This document shows, one piece after another, positions 13,501-28,500 of a stretch of DNA of 64,000 bases. The notes beneath the pieces were generated by a model. The model ran no database searches. It was given only the letters and a program-made list of their open reading frames with translations, and was not told the DNA's origin. The position numbers and the translations under genes are program-made. Origin of the DNA: Pocillopora damicornis (Eukaryota). Each line of letters opens with the position of its first letter. Within the stretch, counting starts at the first letter, position 1. The stretch is taken from positions 124,001 to 188,000 of the forward strand of contig NW_020843520.1 of the NCBI RefSeq assembly GCF_003704095.1, read 5' to 3'.

Positions 13501-16500
13501 CGAATTTGGTCACCCAGGCCTTACCAACTGTATCTCCAGGAGATGTTTTCTCTTTTCTCTGTAAAGAAACTCGTGCAATGACGTGAATCCGGGTGAATTG
13601 CACTTGTATGAACTCATCCTTAGCCTTTTGACCAGCACACCACGCACCCTTTCCATGATGGCGGTTATGACGTGCATTCCATGGTTCATAACCTTCACCA
13701 AGGTGACTGGAGGCGTTTATAGAAGAATTGCTAACTATTGAAGATTCCATGCCTAGGTCTTCGTCGCAACCTGAGTAAGTCCAACGATAATTATAGGTAT
13801 TATTCATATATTGTTAATCTCTTAGTTTTATCCGTTTTTCTTGTATATAGTATCGTATTTTGTGGCTTTAAAATTCTTCTGTGCTCACTTAATTGGTAAA
13901 TTAAGTTTATGGTCTGAACTCAAGACCGGGAACACTTGATCGTGTGGTCTAACTGTCTGAGTAGCAGTAGTCCTGAAATATGATTCTTACCGACAACTTG
14001 TGCGGAAGTCATCTTTTAAGTCCGATGACTACTTCCGCTCAGGTTGTCGAACAAAAATACTTTCAAAGGATTTGTCACTCTGGAGCTCAGACCACACAAG
14101 CAACTTATTTGGTATGGTAACAACTCAAATTATTGATAAACAAACAATTAAAATTGCTAGTTAACTCGTCCCATCTTATTCTATTCTTTTTGATGTTGAC
14201 TGATTGTTTATTGTCTTCTGAGATGCGAATTCAGGTTAAATAGATGGGCGTAATATGCCGAATTGCTTTATTTTAGACTAAATCTCAACTTAGTTGTTCT
14301 CTTCCTGGTTTCAATTATCTAAGTTTTCCAACCTCTGAGGAAAAGAGCTCTACTTTTAAAAAACTCCTTGATGTCTGTTTGGTGCCTTAGAGACAGCGTG
14401 TCTTTGTATTGGAGTTTCAACGTTCAAAAAGATCAACTGAATGCGAAGACAAAAGATTAGCTGACACTTTTTGATAGGCTGATGAAGAGGACTGAAAATT
14501 TTGGGATTTCTCGAAAATAGAGTCCTTAAAAACAAAAGTTAAGACTACAGTCACCTTTGTAACCAAATACTTGCAGCCTGAGGCAGATTCCATTATGCCA
14601 GACTTTAGCAACAACTCTAAAATAACGAGCTTTGATTTCGTACAAGAAGGCAATCCTCCTAACACTTGCGTTGTCTACATTAGCGGCAAGTTGGGTTCTT
14701 ATGTCTTCATGTCTAAACGCACTAGTGTAAGTAAACCAGTGAGCTCCATCAACACTGTATTCAAGCTCGTATTGTGACACATATTCGTCGTTGCTATGGT
14801 GACCTCGCGTTGCAATACCAGTTAATACGACCGTCTTTCCAAAGTCAAGTTGGAGGTTTTCATTTTCGTTTTCCTGTTCAGCACACCAGGAACCTGTGTC
14901 GGTGAAATTCTGTGCATTTTCCGGTTCGTGTCCAAGCCTACTACTAGAAGCTGACGAAGATGAAACTAGTAAGGGGTCATTTCCGATACCATACGACTCT
15001 AAACATGCTGGAAAGTGAAGAAGCTATTTATTAGAAGGGACTAAAAAAATAAAGCTCGAGGTGTGCAACAACTTCTTTTTCGTGCAAAAAGACAGAGGTT
15101 GTTATTTTGGCGTTTAAATGATGAAGCAAGTAAGGAAATTGCCAAGGTACTTCCGCCAATGTCACCTATTGCATACCTTGCACTTATTGCAAAAAGGTAT
15201 ATATTGGCGAAAGAGGATCACGACTGGGCAACCGATTTCGAGAACTCCTTTGTGACGTAGAAAGGAATGACTAAGACCAGACACTTCGATCTCTTTTTAA
15301 GAAAGGTGCAAAACTCTAGACCAAAATTTTATCTTTCAAACCGGCACTCTTAAACAGACTCTTTTCGATTCAACTTATTTACTCTTATTTTTGTTGTTAC
15401 CATGTTCCCACCAATAGCGAAGCTCCAACACACTCACGACCCATCATTCCTCTATGCGCCCTGACGAAGGGCTAACGCTCGGAAAGTCACCTTGAGGAAA
15501 CTTTTTACAGTGGCCTATTTATATTATCAACTCAGTTGATCAAACCAAATTATCTAACCGTTAGCATACCTTTACAGCCGTAGAGCTCCAACTGAATAAA
15601 TGGACGATTAATCCAGTCTTTTANNNNNNNNNNNNNNNNNNNNNNNNNNNNNNNNNNNNNNNNNNNNNNNNNNNNNNNNNNNNNNNNNNNNNNNNNNNNN
15701 NNNNNNNNNNNNNNNNNNNNNNNCTTTATTTTTCAGAGTTTTACGGAAATTAAATTTCACTTGGGCCAAGGCTTGTCGTGAAGCTTTTCAAGACTTTCAT
15801 TTAGGACAACTTTGGAGGACAATTTACAAAAAAACTACGGAACTCAGCAAAAAACAAATNNNNNNNNNNTGCATATTAGCTCTATCTTATCTAACGAGAC
15901 GACTTTCGTGAACATCACGTTTCAATCAGGCAAACAAGAAGACTTCAACGAATCTTATCGGTTCACTTAAGTCACACACGCGAAAACCGATCAAATNNNN
16001 NNNNNNAACAAGTGAAAACTATCGTACAGATTACAAGATACGCGAATTACTCTTCCTACCCATTTTTTTCTTCACATTCTATTAATCAAAATTTTCAGTA
16101 ATTCTTAAGGCTTTCTTGCTGATCGTCTTAAAAGTAACAGTTTCCAGGATGTAAGGGGAGCAAAAGAGAGAACAATTTTCTGTGTAGTTAGGTAGGCAAC
16201 GTGTCGGCTTTATACTTCTTCCGGCGTGATAACGATATGAGGACAACAATAGAATGGTTTAGCAAGAGGACGGGAACATCATTTCAGAACGNNNNNNNNN
16301 NNNNNNNNNNNNNNNNNNNNNNNNNNNNNNNNNNNNNNNNNNNNNNNNNNNNNNNNNNNNNNNNNNNNNNNNNNNNNNNNNNNNNNNNNNNNNNNNNNNN
16401 NNNNNNNNNNNNNNNNNNNNNNNNNNNNNNNNNNNNNNNNNNNNNNNNNNNNNNNNNNNNNNNNNNNNNNNNNNNNNNNNNNNNNNNNNNNNNNNNNNNN

Positions 16501-19500
16501 NNNNNNNNNNNNNNNNNNNNNNNNNNNNNNNNNNNNNNNNNNNNNNNNNNNNNNNNNNNNNNNNNNNNNNNNNNNNNNNNNNNNNGTTATGTAACAAGCG
16601 CCAACAGAGGATAGTTATAGATACGGCAAGTAAGTTGTTAATAGGAATCCACATGGGCGATTAAACTTAGAGACTATTCCATTGCAGTTTAGTCTCGAGT
16701 TNNNNNNNNNNNNNNNNNNNNNNNNNNNNNNNNNNNNNNNNNNNNNNNNNNNNNNNNNNNNNNNNNNNNNNNNNNNNNNNNNNNNNNNNNNNNNNNNNNN
16801 NNNNNNNNNNNNNNNNNNNNNNNNNNNNNNNNNNNTTTTCTATGATTTATGTCGCTGTCATTTCGTTTCGTGCTACTAGATTTCAGCACCACTCGTTTTT
16901 TTCTACATAATTTTGTAAAGGATAATTTGGAAATCGTCGTCGTTTCTCCCCTTGAATATTCTTCGCAGTCATGACAGGACATCTCTTTTGANNNNNNNNN
17001 NNNNNNNNNNNNNNNNATTTTGAACGGAATTATCAGGAGTTATGGCGAAACCATGTAGAAACCAAGCGACTTAACGATGGAGTTGTTTACCATGAGTTCC
17101 TATTTATCCGTGAAAGAATGAAATTGNNNNNNNNNNNNNNNNNNNNNNNNNNNNNNNNNNNNNNNNNNNNNNNNNNNNNNNNNNNNNNNNNNNNNNNNNN
17201 NNNNNNNNNNNNNNNNNNNNNNNNNNNNNNNNNNNNNNNNNNNNNNNNNNNNNNNNNNNNNNNNNNNNNNNNNNNNNNNNNNNNNNNNNNNNNNNNNNNN
17301 NNNNNNNNNNNNNNNNNNNNNNNNNNNNNNNNNNNNNNNNNNNNNNNNNNNNNNNNNNNNNNNNNNNNNNNNNNNNNNNNNNNNNNNNNNNNNNNNNNNN
17401 NNNNNNNNNNNNNNNNNNNNNNNNNNNNNNNNNNNNNNNNNNNNNNNNNNNNNNATTTTTTTTCATCTCTGACTTCAATTCGCAGAAAAGTTTTCAATCA
17501 TGGTAAAAACGACAATAACAACAAATAACACCGAATAATACAGTAGGTAAACGCCGTGATATTTCATTTTCATACACTTCAACATGAAGCAAGTTTAATT
17601 TATTGATGAATTGATTTATGATAAAATTGACAGCGTCCCATTCTTAGAGTTTCATACAGGATTAAAGAATTGTATCAAAGCACAGGCCTTTCACTGTTTT
17701 AAGCCTTCCTCAATTACATGTGTACTAAGCCCTAAAATCTTGGATTCGAAGTTTGCCAACGANNNNNNNNNNNNNNNNNNNNNNNNNNNNNNNNNNNNNN
17801 NNNNNNNNNNNNNNNNNNNNNNNNNNNNNNNNNNNNNNNNNNNNNNNNNNNNNNNNNNNNNNTGACTTTGCTTTCTTCCTTTTTTGTTCTAGATCTTCGT
17901 TTGTTAAATTTCATATTTTCATGCCCGTAAAAGTGAAATTCTGCGGTTTTTTTTAGCAGGGAGCTTTGCTTCCGTCTTTTGAAGTGGCGTCCATTGTCAT
18001 TGAGAATTAAAGGTAGTCCATCTACAGTAAGCAATGACACAAGTTGGTCGCAAAATATTATTTAATTTGATCTTTCATTCACCTGCAGTTTAAAGGGACA
18101 AGTTTGTGCAATGGCACTCGAGTGAAAGCTGGTGAACAGCCAAATTGCAACTGTTAAGTTATCTAATCGACCGACACATAAACTCTTCACGTTACCTTCA
18201 CGGTGCCGTCCTCCATGTAAGAGAAAAATTCACACCCGTTCCTACTGTAATTTAGAACAAATTTGCTAATCCAGTCAATATGGGAGGAAGCAAAATTTCC
18301 TCGTACTGTTATAGCAGTAACTGATTTGCCTCCGGGCCCAAGGTCAACCTGAATGTACTCGTCCACTTCAGTAGGTAAAAGGAATATGTCTAGTTTGTTT
18401 AATCGAGCGTCGATTGCGTCATAATATGTACCACTTGTGACCAGTGCATGGTCTGGAATGTCATAGTTTTCCATTCCAAGGGGATTTTCACAAGCTAAAA
18501 GAAAAATGCAAATCAGAATATTAGCCATTTTTTTCTATCAAATAAAGTGTTTTGGCTGTTCAATATTTAAACGATGCTATCTGACTAAGGATTAGTTATA
18601 TGAAATATTAATATTTAATACAGCCATCAGGCCTGAAAAACATCCTACATACGCAGCAAAGGTTAAATTGCTCCATACAGAAGTTGCGCCAACGTGCATT
18701 TTATGTTCTTGTTATTTCAATTTGAAAAAAAAGGAGTTTAAAAGTTACAGTATTGTAACCTTAACGTTATCAGCATTCCTAAAAGCATCAAATACTCAAT
18801 ATCCTTTACGAAAATCATGCTACCAAGCCAAGGTTACTCTTATATTATAATCATGTCGGGCAGTTTTTCGTCTCAGTGCAAATGATGACGGTGTTCTACC
18901 CACCTTGGCATCCGTATAGCTCCATTCGCATGCACATGTGACGATGATAACTTTTGGGAAAAATTCTGAAATAGCGTCCAATTATCGAGACTTCCAAAGA
19001 CACAGTTCTAGACTCGTGGGGATTTGAATTACCACGAAACACCTTGAATTTGAAAAACAAATGGTTGGACTGAAATCGTTATTATGTTCAAAGTTTTTTA
19101 TAAGTTCAAACAACTTATCTTCACCCGAAAAGGGTTCTCAAACAGTGTCAAATAGCGGAGTGTTTTCATAAAATCTTAGTGATAATGTTCTTCAAAGTCA
19201 TTTGAATATTCATATTCTGTTGGAATTCGAAGTATTTAATATTTCAAATAAATTCATTGTTACCGACCTAACACCCTAGAGTTGACGCACTTTTGTATTG
19301 CTTCCTGAGAAGTTAAATATTTTTTGACATCATTAAATCGTCTCTTCCAAGTTTGACCGAGAGAAGGCAAATCAAGACCCGCCCATCCCCACCCCGCATC
19401 TTCGGGTGGAGCTCCAATTTATTCCAAAGGTATTTGGCCTACGTCGCCAGGAACTTTGTTTTCGTTTCCTTCCTGGTTACACCTCTTCTTGGCGCCGTCG

Positions 19501-22500
19501 GGGCCAACTACCAATTAAACCCTTCGTTGCTCCTTGTCGCCTCTCACTTCGACCAGAGGGATGTGTCCATCCCTTATTAATAACAAAAACAATTCGCTAT
19601 CTCAAACCAGCTTGCTCGCCACCCACGTTTCAAATAGAGTTGAACTTTCAAATTGATATTTCACCATTCACAGAAAAAAAATTCAAAACTAGAGGTGAAA
19701 AAAGGCTTGATTAATGATTAGTAAGTAGTTAGTTGGTTAGTTCAATGATAAATTTTCCCACAGAATTGAGCAGCACACAAGAATATTCAGTAAACGACAA
19801 ACGAAAACTAAGACAGACAAACCTTCAAAATACCAAAGTCTTTATGATCTGTCCAAGTTATTCCATCTACACTATGAGATACAGTGAAGTTTTTCACCCA
19901 AGCGCTCTCCAAAGTAGGATGTCTACTAACTCCTTCTTTTCCTTGAATCTGCAAGCTGCGTACTTCACTCACGTGACCCAGATCAATCTGCAGATACTGC
20001 ATGTTATCGTTACTTTTAGCGCACCATGCTCCACCACCTTCTCTGGAACCCAGTCTTCCCATCCAAGGTGCATAGTTTGTTCCAAGCGAGCTGGATGCTG
20101 TCATAGCATCTTTTGGTATAATCCACTCCGTCAGTCCTAAAGGCCTCGTGCATTCTAGACACCAAATTCAATTTTGGCCTATTTTAAGTCACTTTAGTAT
20201 CTTCTGAGTATAACTACTCAACACTGCCAACTATTTCTGTCGCAAATTTTTCACATCCGCGTGAAGATGATCACACAGGAATTATTTCCACAAAAAAGGC
20301 AGCCTGGCCCACACGATCATTACTATCTGTAACACTTTGATATCGAGAAAAAGTTTTGCAAATAGGCATTCCGACCTTTCTCCTTCCAATTTTTTTACAA
20401 CACTGTCAGTTCATCGTCATACTAAGACGATGACCTAGAGGATTTTTAGCTGAAATGACGGTTATCCATTTTCAAACGTTTAAGCAACGAAATGAGGAGT
20501 ATAATAAACTAATTTTGTCTTCTAGAGTTTTTTTGTAATGCGAGTTTTTATAAAAAGTGGACGAAACCCCCCTCCCAACCCTCCTAAATCCAGTTATTTG
20601 GATTAAAATCTCCACGGAAATCACTGAGATAAGCGCCTTACGCGCGACGATAGAGTGATTTAGCAAGAGGACGGGACGTCATTTCAGAACGGGAAAGCGC
20701 GAGGATAGTCTGGACACGACTCTATTTCGACTTCCGGTGTTAGCTTTGCCGTTCTCCCCAACAAGTTCAGGACGTCATTACGCTGGTTTTCCCGTCGCGA
20801 TCAAAACGCCTGGGATTTGCGTAAATTTTGCGCTTCTAAACGAGATAATGCTGTTTGAAATTATTTCAGAACTAATTTCCTGGTCCCTTCCTTTGGTTTA
20901 TTCGGTGTATTTTGGGAAAATTTACCGCTTCATTTATGCTGAATTCCCGAAAGGAAACACAATCGTTGGCAAGCGCCGGATCCAAGATTTTAGGGCTCAG
21001 TACACTTGTAATTGAACAAGGCCTAAAACAGCGAAAGGACTGTTCTTTGATACATTTCTTTAATCTTGTATGAAAACTCTCAGAATGGGACGCTGTTAAT
21101 CTTATCATGAATCAATTCATCAAGAAATTAAACTTGCTTCATGTTGAAGTTTATCAAAATGAAATATCACGACGCTTACCTACTATATTAGCCAGTGTTA
21201 TTTGTCGTTATTGTCGTTTTTACCGTGATTGAAAACTTTTCTGCGAATTAAAGTCAGAGATAAAAAAAAATTGAGAATAGCTCAGGTATTCACTTTTTTA
21301 TGTTTGAAATTTTTGACCAGCGCCGGTGAAAACTAAGACAAGAAAGTCATGCTCTCGCTTCGAAATAGAATGACAATCAACTTGATTTCAGCACGGCTTT
21401 CTAAATCTATTAATTTAGTTCAGTCTTGAACGACTTCATTCGCTTAAAAAAATTAATTTAAAAAAACGAAAATAAAATAAAATAGGAACGAAGTCTTATT
21501 CCTAAGTCTAACCGTTTCGTTGGTAACTAGTTTGAGTTAATTTCATTCTTTCACGGATAAAAGGAACTCATCGTAAACAATTCCATCGTTGGGTCGCTTG
21601 GTTTCTATATGGCTTCGCCATAACTCCTCTAAATTCTGTTCAAAATGCATTTCAACTCTAAGAAGATAGTGCTCAAAAGAGATGTACTGTCATAATTGAG
21701 AAGAATATTCAGTAAACAAGGGGGAAAACGAGGACGATTTTCAAATTATCCTTTACAAAATTATGACGAAAAACGAGTAGTGCTGAAATCTAGTAACACG
21801 AAACGAAATGACAGCGACACAAATCATAGAAAAAAAAATTATTTAGTGGGCTTCAAAATTTGATAGATGAATCAGCAGACTCGAGACTAAACTGGAATGG
21901 AATAGTTTCAAAGTTCAATCGCCCATGTGGATTCATATTGACAACTTACTTGCCGTAGGCTATAACTATCCTCTGTTTGCGCTTGTTACATAACTCTCAA
22001 AGAAGATAATTTCGTTGTCCTTAAAGTGGTTTATGAAACCGAAAATTCAAAGGTGATGGTGATGTTTAAAAAGCCGAGGTGAGGATTCTCGTTGCAACGA
22101 CTGCTAAATCACTTTTCAACACAACACGACGGCGTTCTCGACCCAGTTTCTTATCGACATTTTTGCTGCACGCGCCGTTCTGAAATGACTCTCCCGTCCT
22201 CTTGCTAAACCACTCTAATGGGATAATCGCAACTTCAAAATTAAATTTTGCTTGAAAAATAACTTACCATCAAAACCATACAATTCCACGTTCATGCACG
22301 GCAAATCAGTCCATTGCTTAGGGAGGAACCTGAAAAATTGCGCTTGCATTTCCAAATCTATCGGGAACTTTAATGCCTGTGAGTAATCGGTAGCTGCTGT
22401 AAACGTCTAGAGGCAAAGGTGGAAAAAGAGAAACAATCGATCTCTTTTGCTCTGAATAAAGACAGTTAGTAACAAACAAAATTATTCACCTTTTCTCCAG

Positions 22501-25500
22501 AGACTGTCGTATAAATGCGCCAGAAGCCACCATCAACGCTTGAAGAAAACTTAAATTCAGACACCATGCCTGCACCACTCTTTCCTGCAACTGCTATATG
22601 AGTTAGAGTGACAACTCGTCCCATGTCTATCTGAAGGTACGGCGATGAATCAGAAGGAGCGGCACACCAGCCCATCTTATCGAATACTGTATTTAATTTT
22701 GCCAACCATGGCTCATGCCCAGGTCCCGAGTTACTGGATGAGGTCATTTTGCTCTTGCTTATTAATCCTGATCCTATTCCAAGAGGATCTGACCAGGCTA
22801 AGATCGTAGAATAGAGATGTTAAGATTATCACTCTACAAAAAGGTTTTTCCTCCCATCCCAACCCCCGATCTTTCTCGCACGCACTCTCCCTCTATCTCT
22901 CACTGTTTCATGTTTTTTTTTTCCGACAACTGAGGTTTCTCCCCTCAGTTGGCGAGGTTGACTTCTCGGTACTTTTTACCAGGTGAGACATTGTTTCGAT
23001 TGTTTCAACGTTCATGATCAATTCTCAGGACAGAATTGTATTAGTAGCGCTTTCCTGCACTAAATTATATAAATATTATGGATTATGATTTAGTACACAA
23101 GTTCATTTTTTAAAGATGAAAGAAAACAAAAAATAAAATAGAATAAAACAAAAATAATTCGTCTGGATGAATTTACCTTCGCAGCCGTAAATTTCCACTC
23201 TCAAGCAAACATTTTCGACCCACTCTACTACCACAAAACGGACATAGCGGGCGACAACTTGGTAATGTAGGATTTTTAGAGCTACTCCGTCGGCGTTTGT
23301 GTTGCCATGTATTTCCTTGATGAAAAAAAATAATTGATTGAAAGGTGATCTGTATATACAGTATATTAGTATGGTAGTATGATTGTTGCAGAGATTAAGA
23401 GATGCATGTATTCTGATTTGTCGAAGATTGAGGTATTTCCCGCTATAATCACCCCGCTCAACTTGATTGGAGCAAGGGCGCTAAATTTCCAAATGGCTGT
23501 CTTGCGTTTTGCCAATGTTACCGAAGAAGAGATAAACGCGTTAGAGAGCAATTTAATTCCGAAGAGCACAAAAGATTCTATTAAGTTTGGCGTAACACTT
23601 TTCAAAAGAAAGATATGAAGTTTTGCTGATTGAATTTAATAAACCTGTTAAATTCTTGTGGAAACTAACTGCTTATCTCGATACAAGTAATCGAAACAAT
23701 TTTAAGTTCTAATACGGACAATTGGCTCTATCAGAAGCAACTTTGATGAGCATTATTTAAAACTGAAGCATCAGTGAAATACCTTGACTTCTCCATTTTC
23801 TTTGTAATAAAACCATTCACCCTCCAGTCTGCTAAACGCCAATCGATAGATTCTAACAAAATGCGTTCCACGATATCTGCCTTGTGTAGCGACTGCAGCG
23901 ACAGTCTTAAAATGCCCTAAGTCGATTTGTAAGATGAATTTGTCTCGCCCTGAAACGAAGAGACAGTTTTCTTTAAAACTTTTTTTTTTTAATCTTGAGC
24001 CTTAACGCCCACGCACTTTACGACTTTTTTGCGTGGATTGTGGTACCTTTTTTCCATTCATCGATTTGTAACAAACACCCGAAGATAAATTCCATATCTA
24101 CGCACGTCCACGTACTATTCTCAATATGATTAATGATAAATAAGTGAGATGAATGACTGAGAAATCCAACTAAAACCTTCAGGGTTTGTAAACTTAAGTT
24201 CCCCAACGAAAAAAAGGGAGTATATACATGTGTAAAACGAAAAAAAAAATGAATAAATCCATGTGTAAACTAGATTTGATGTTTCCGTGCGTCTGCTCAG
24301 CAATAGATCACTGATGACGTCAGAATGTGCTAAGAACGTAAAGAAAATGACACACAAGGAACAGTCTTTGATACGTCACTGATTCGTAACTTATGAATTA
24401 AAACACACCTCCAACGAACTGGTTTGTTCCTGCATAGTTCAGTCTTGCATTGAAGATGTTTGAAGCTACAGATGAGTCAACGTTTTTACTCGGTATTGAG
24501 AAGTCTTCCATTCCTAAAGGTTGGAAGCAAGCTACAGTGGAAGACAATAAACGATCAACACAAATATTGCAAAATCTTTGAGGCTTTCGTGAAGGAGTAA
24601 ATACATTGTTTCTCATTTCAAAGGCTATGGTAATTTTGACTTTAGAGTGCGCTTGAAAAGTTCCATAACATCACAAATTTTCAAACATATCTCATGATCC
24701 AAGTGTTGCCGCACTGTGAGAATGTCAGCAGTTAAAAGTACGGTTCTCGCTGAGCTTAGTCCGCACCAAGTAGATCGAGGGCCGATATGCATCATCTCAC
24801 CCAGCGCGGTTCCGGTAGGCTTAGTTAATATGATCCTTGTTTATGAATAAAAACTGGCTGTACTTAGCTCATTAATTCCTTCGCGTCTCGCGTGCTTTAG
24901 CAAAGACAACGAAGTAAATCTTCAAAAACCTGTAAAACAAACCCGATTCGAAGTTTCCTGAGCTATTTTGCCACGAATGAGAACAACAGGATACTATTCC
25001 GCTGATAACCTATGAAGTATTTACCAGAAATCAACTAATTGAAGACAAATCAGAGATTTCGTTCGCAAGCGCTGTTTCGTGGTGACAAAATAAAAGCGCA
25101 CAGTTTATTAGTATCACGCAGAAGTTTCTCTTTCTCTGTCGACGCCTAAGGAATAGGAAATGAAGAAATCTGACTAGTTTATCTGAATAAATATATAAAG
25201 AAATACCTTTGCATCCATATATTTCCACTCTCATGCAAATTCTTTGGAACCAATTCATGGGACGAAATCTCACATAGCGAGCAATGACGGGGCTCTTTAA
25301 GTGATGAGTGACCACATGGGTGGTATTGATATTTCCAGAGAACTCCTATGCATAAAAAATTGGTTATGTAGCAATTTAGATTACTGAACTTGGAGACATT
25401 TGTTTTGGTTATGTCATATATTTTACCAGGGTTAAAACTTAAAGGGTGAGCAGTTACCCGCAGGCATTTAAGTTAGAACTCAAGGGAAAGACAACTCAGG

Positions 25501-28500
25501 GCTGTAAAAAACGGTGAGTGACTTTAGTTTGTGGATTTTTGAACCTTTTTTAAACTCGAACATGATTCCTACGTCTTTGCTGGGTATTTGGGACCTTAAC
25601 TAAACCACGACGGCGACGGTAACGAGGATTTTGCAAAACAAAAGATCTAATGAGCAGAAGAATAGCTCTGCACGTGCGTTTTAAAACTCTGCACATTTCT
25701 TAGCAGTCCTCTGCAAAGCAACAACGTGAAATCACCAAAAGTTGCGTCTAAAAATGGAAACCCCGACTGCAAAATCATTCTAGTTTCAATATTGGAAGTC
25801 ACCGCTGCTCACGTACGTTATGCTGAATTTGAGGTGTGGGGCCGTAAGAGTTGGTAAACACATCCAGTCGCACGCGAAATTATAACTAAAATATTAATAC
25901 ACGACGTTTTCCACAGCGTCGCCGTCCCTTATTGCTCCCGGGAGACAACATCACGGGCAACATGAATATAAAGAATTCTAATAAGACTTGTAATAAGACT
26001 TCGATGACTAAGAAAACAAATAAACTAACAGCACAACAACATATTCAGTCCTTCTTAATATAGCCTCTCAAGCGATATAACTATTACAATAAAAGGATCC
26101 TCACCCTGATGGTGTTGTTCTCAGTGTAGTTCCACCAGTCTAGTGTATCACGTCTGAACTGCATCATGTAGCTTGTGACCCAAGCGTCCGGGATAATGCA
26201 TCCGGGTACTGAGGACTTTCCTTGCGATGCTACTCGTCTCACGTGGTAAGGGTGTTTCAAATCAATCGCCAAATATTGATTCTCATCATTTCTCTAAAAG
26301 AGAAAATGGGACGATGGAGTTGGCAATACTCGACAAATTTGTCGTTCATGGCTTAGCTCGTGAACGCCTTTTTTATGGCCTATAAATAAAGTGTTCAACT
26401 GGGATAGTGGAACCAGCTGGCTGGTTCGAAATTTCAAGGGGGACTAAAATTTGCTTCTGTCCCATGTTCGGTAAAAATTGATATTTTACACCTTTCGTTT
26501 CATTACTCGTTCTTTTCAGCTGCGGTTCACTAGAAAATATCTCTGTATCATGATAACCACGCGTGAAGTAATGGCGGCAAGAATCGACGTATTCTCTAAA
26601 ATCGAAAGTGTGCATGTCTCTGTAATTACCAGAGCGATTATTCCGAGAGTTTACGATTTTCTCGTGACTGTTATACCCAATTTTGGTTTATGAGGAAAGC
26701 TTAAAATGTTAACAAACCCCTGCACACCATCCTCCTTCTCCCAGCCGACTGTGTAACCTGGCAAGCCAGGGTTCGTAATTCACCCTCAGAGCGCTAGACG
26801 CTGTAATATCTTTGTCAGAAATTTGACCACTCTGCATTCCTAGAGGATCAATGCAGTCTGGAAAAAAAAAACCCCAACGGGCAAGATATCTGTCAGAAAA
26901 TACCATGGTCACTTCAACGCATTAAGGCTACGATATTGTGTTCCTTTCCACTCTAGTTGTAGTAGTATAAATTTATTCCGATTTTTGCTTTATATCTGCT
27001 TACATGGATAGAGTTAAAGAACAATTACCTCAACAAAATGACCTCACAAAGTGACAAAAAAGTCACATTTGTGTTAAACGTACACCAGTTTCAACTTGTA
27101 GTCAATTTCTCCATTTCCCAGGGCAAAGGGTACTACGAACTTCGACTGATTTGACAACTAGGCACCATGCACCAATATGGAAAGAACGTAGTATATTTGA
27201 AAAGTTGTGAATGGTCGTAAAACAACTAGTTATATATATGGCATATTTTTGCGTACTTTCCCCTGATAAATGAGTATTTAATGCTTTGGTATATAAAAAA
27301 AATAAAAAAATGAAAGAGTGTTCTCGATGGATCATGCTGTCTCACCTTCTTTGGCGAACACCTCCAGCCTTAAACAAGGGTGATTGTACCAGGTTTTTGG
27401 GTGAATTCGCAGATATCTTGCACGGAGATTATATTTAATATCCACTTTGACTAAACTACGTCGATGTGTGTTCCCATCAAATACCTACAGAGGATCAGAT
27501 AAAGTTGTTTGCGATCAATTCTTCCTTAGGCGTGGAAAACCAACAATACTGGTAAAGTGAAATGAGTTGCAAAAAATAGCTGAGTGTATCCACAACGTTT
27601 TTAGAGTTGATCTTATTGCTATAAAAACAACAGCTTGGTTCGTGTTACCTGCGATATGAAATTTATTTAGGAAAGTTTAGGCGAGTACCTCTGTATTCGT
27701 CGCGACATTGAATGTTCTTTGCGTATGCGCATTTGATCAAATTAACATGTCAGAATAACGCGCTATAAGCTTTAAGCTACCATTATTAATATTACGATCA
27801 TTAAGCTCACCTTCAAGTTTCCTGCATCTGTGTATTGCTTCCAAAACAGCCCATCAAGACTGGAACTAATGGTAAAACTTTTCACCCATTTATCCTCTGA
27901 TGAATGGGATTGAACCGCGATGGCCTGAATAACTTTTGTCACTTTCAAATCTAGTTGAAGGAACTGGTTGTTGTTTGTATCATTGTTTTTTGCACACCAT
28001 GCTGATCTGGGGGCATTATTGGAGTCGTCATCTATCGACAAACGTCCGTGCCAGGACTTTAAAACAGATCCGTCGTATGTATAGAAATAAGGATAGCGGT
28101 TTGCCATACTTGTCAGGTTTGAGAAATCAACAGATCTCGAGTAAACTGAAAAAAAAACGGAAAAAAAAAACGGAAAAAACGGAAATTTAGCAATGTTGGA
28201 AAGACATGAATATTTTGCATTCACGATTCGCCAGGACGGTCGAGGCAAGAAGTTTGCCTTTTTTGAAGATAATACGAAAGAAAATTAAGCAAATAAGCCT
28301 CTGAAGCCAGACTTAAATTGTTGATAAACTGAACAAAAAGGAAGCTAACCATGGCATCCGTATAATTCAACGCGGAGATAGGGTCTCCCAGCCCATTCTT
28401 TGGGCCAAAAGCGCACGAATCTTGCCGTGACAGCCCGCTCAAGGTAATGCTTTGCTACAGTGTTGACGAGAGATGTGCTAATAAACATCTGAAATAAAGT

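Noticed and set aside
12532-18040. ORF-track entries containing long X runs
   Set aside because: They are artefacts of translating assembly N-gaps.
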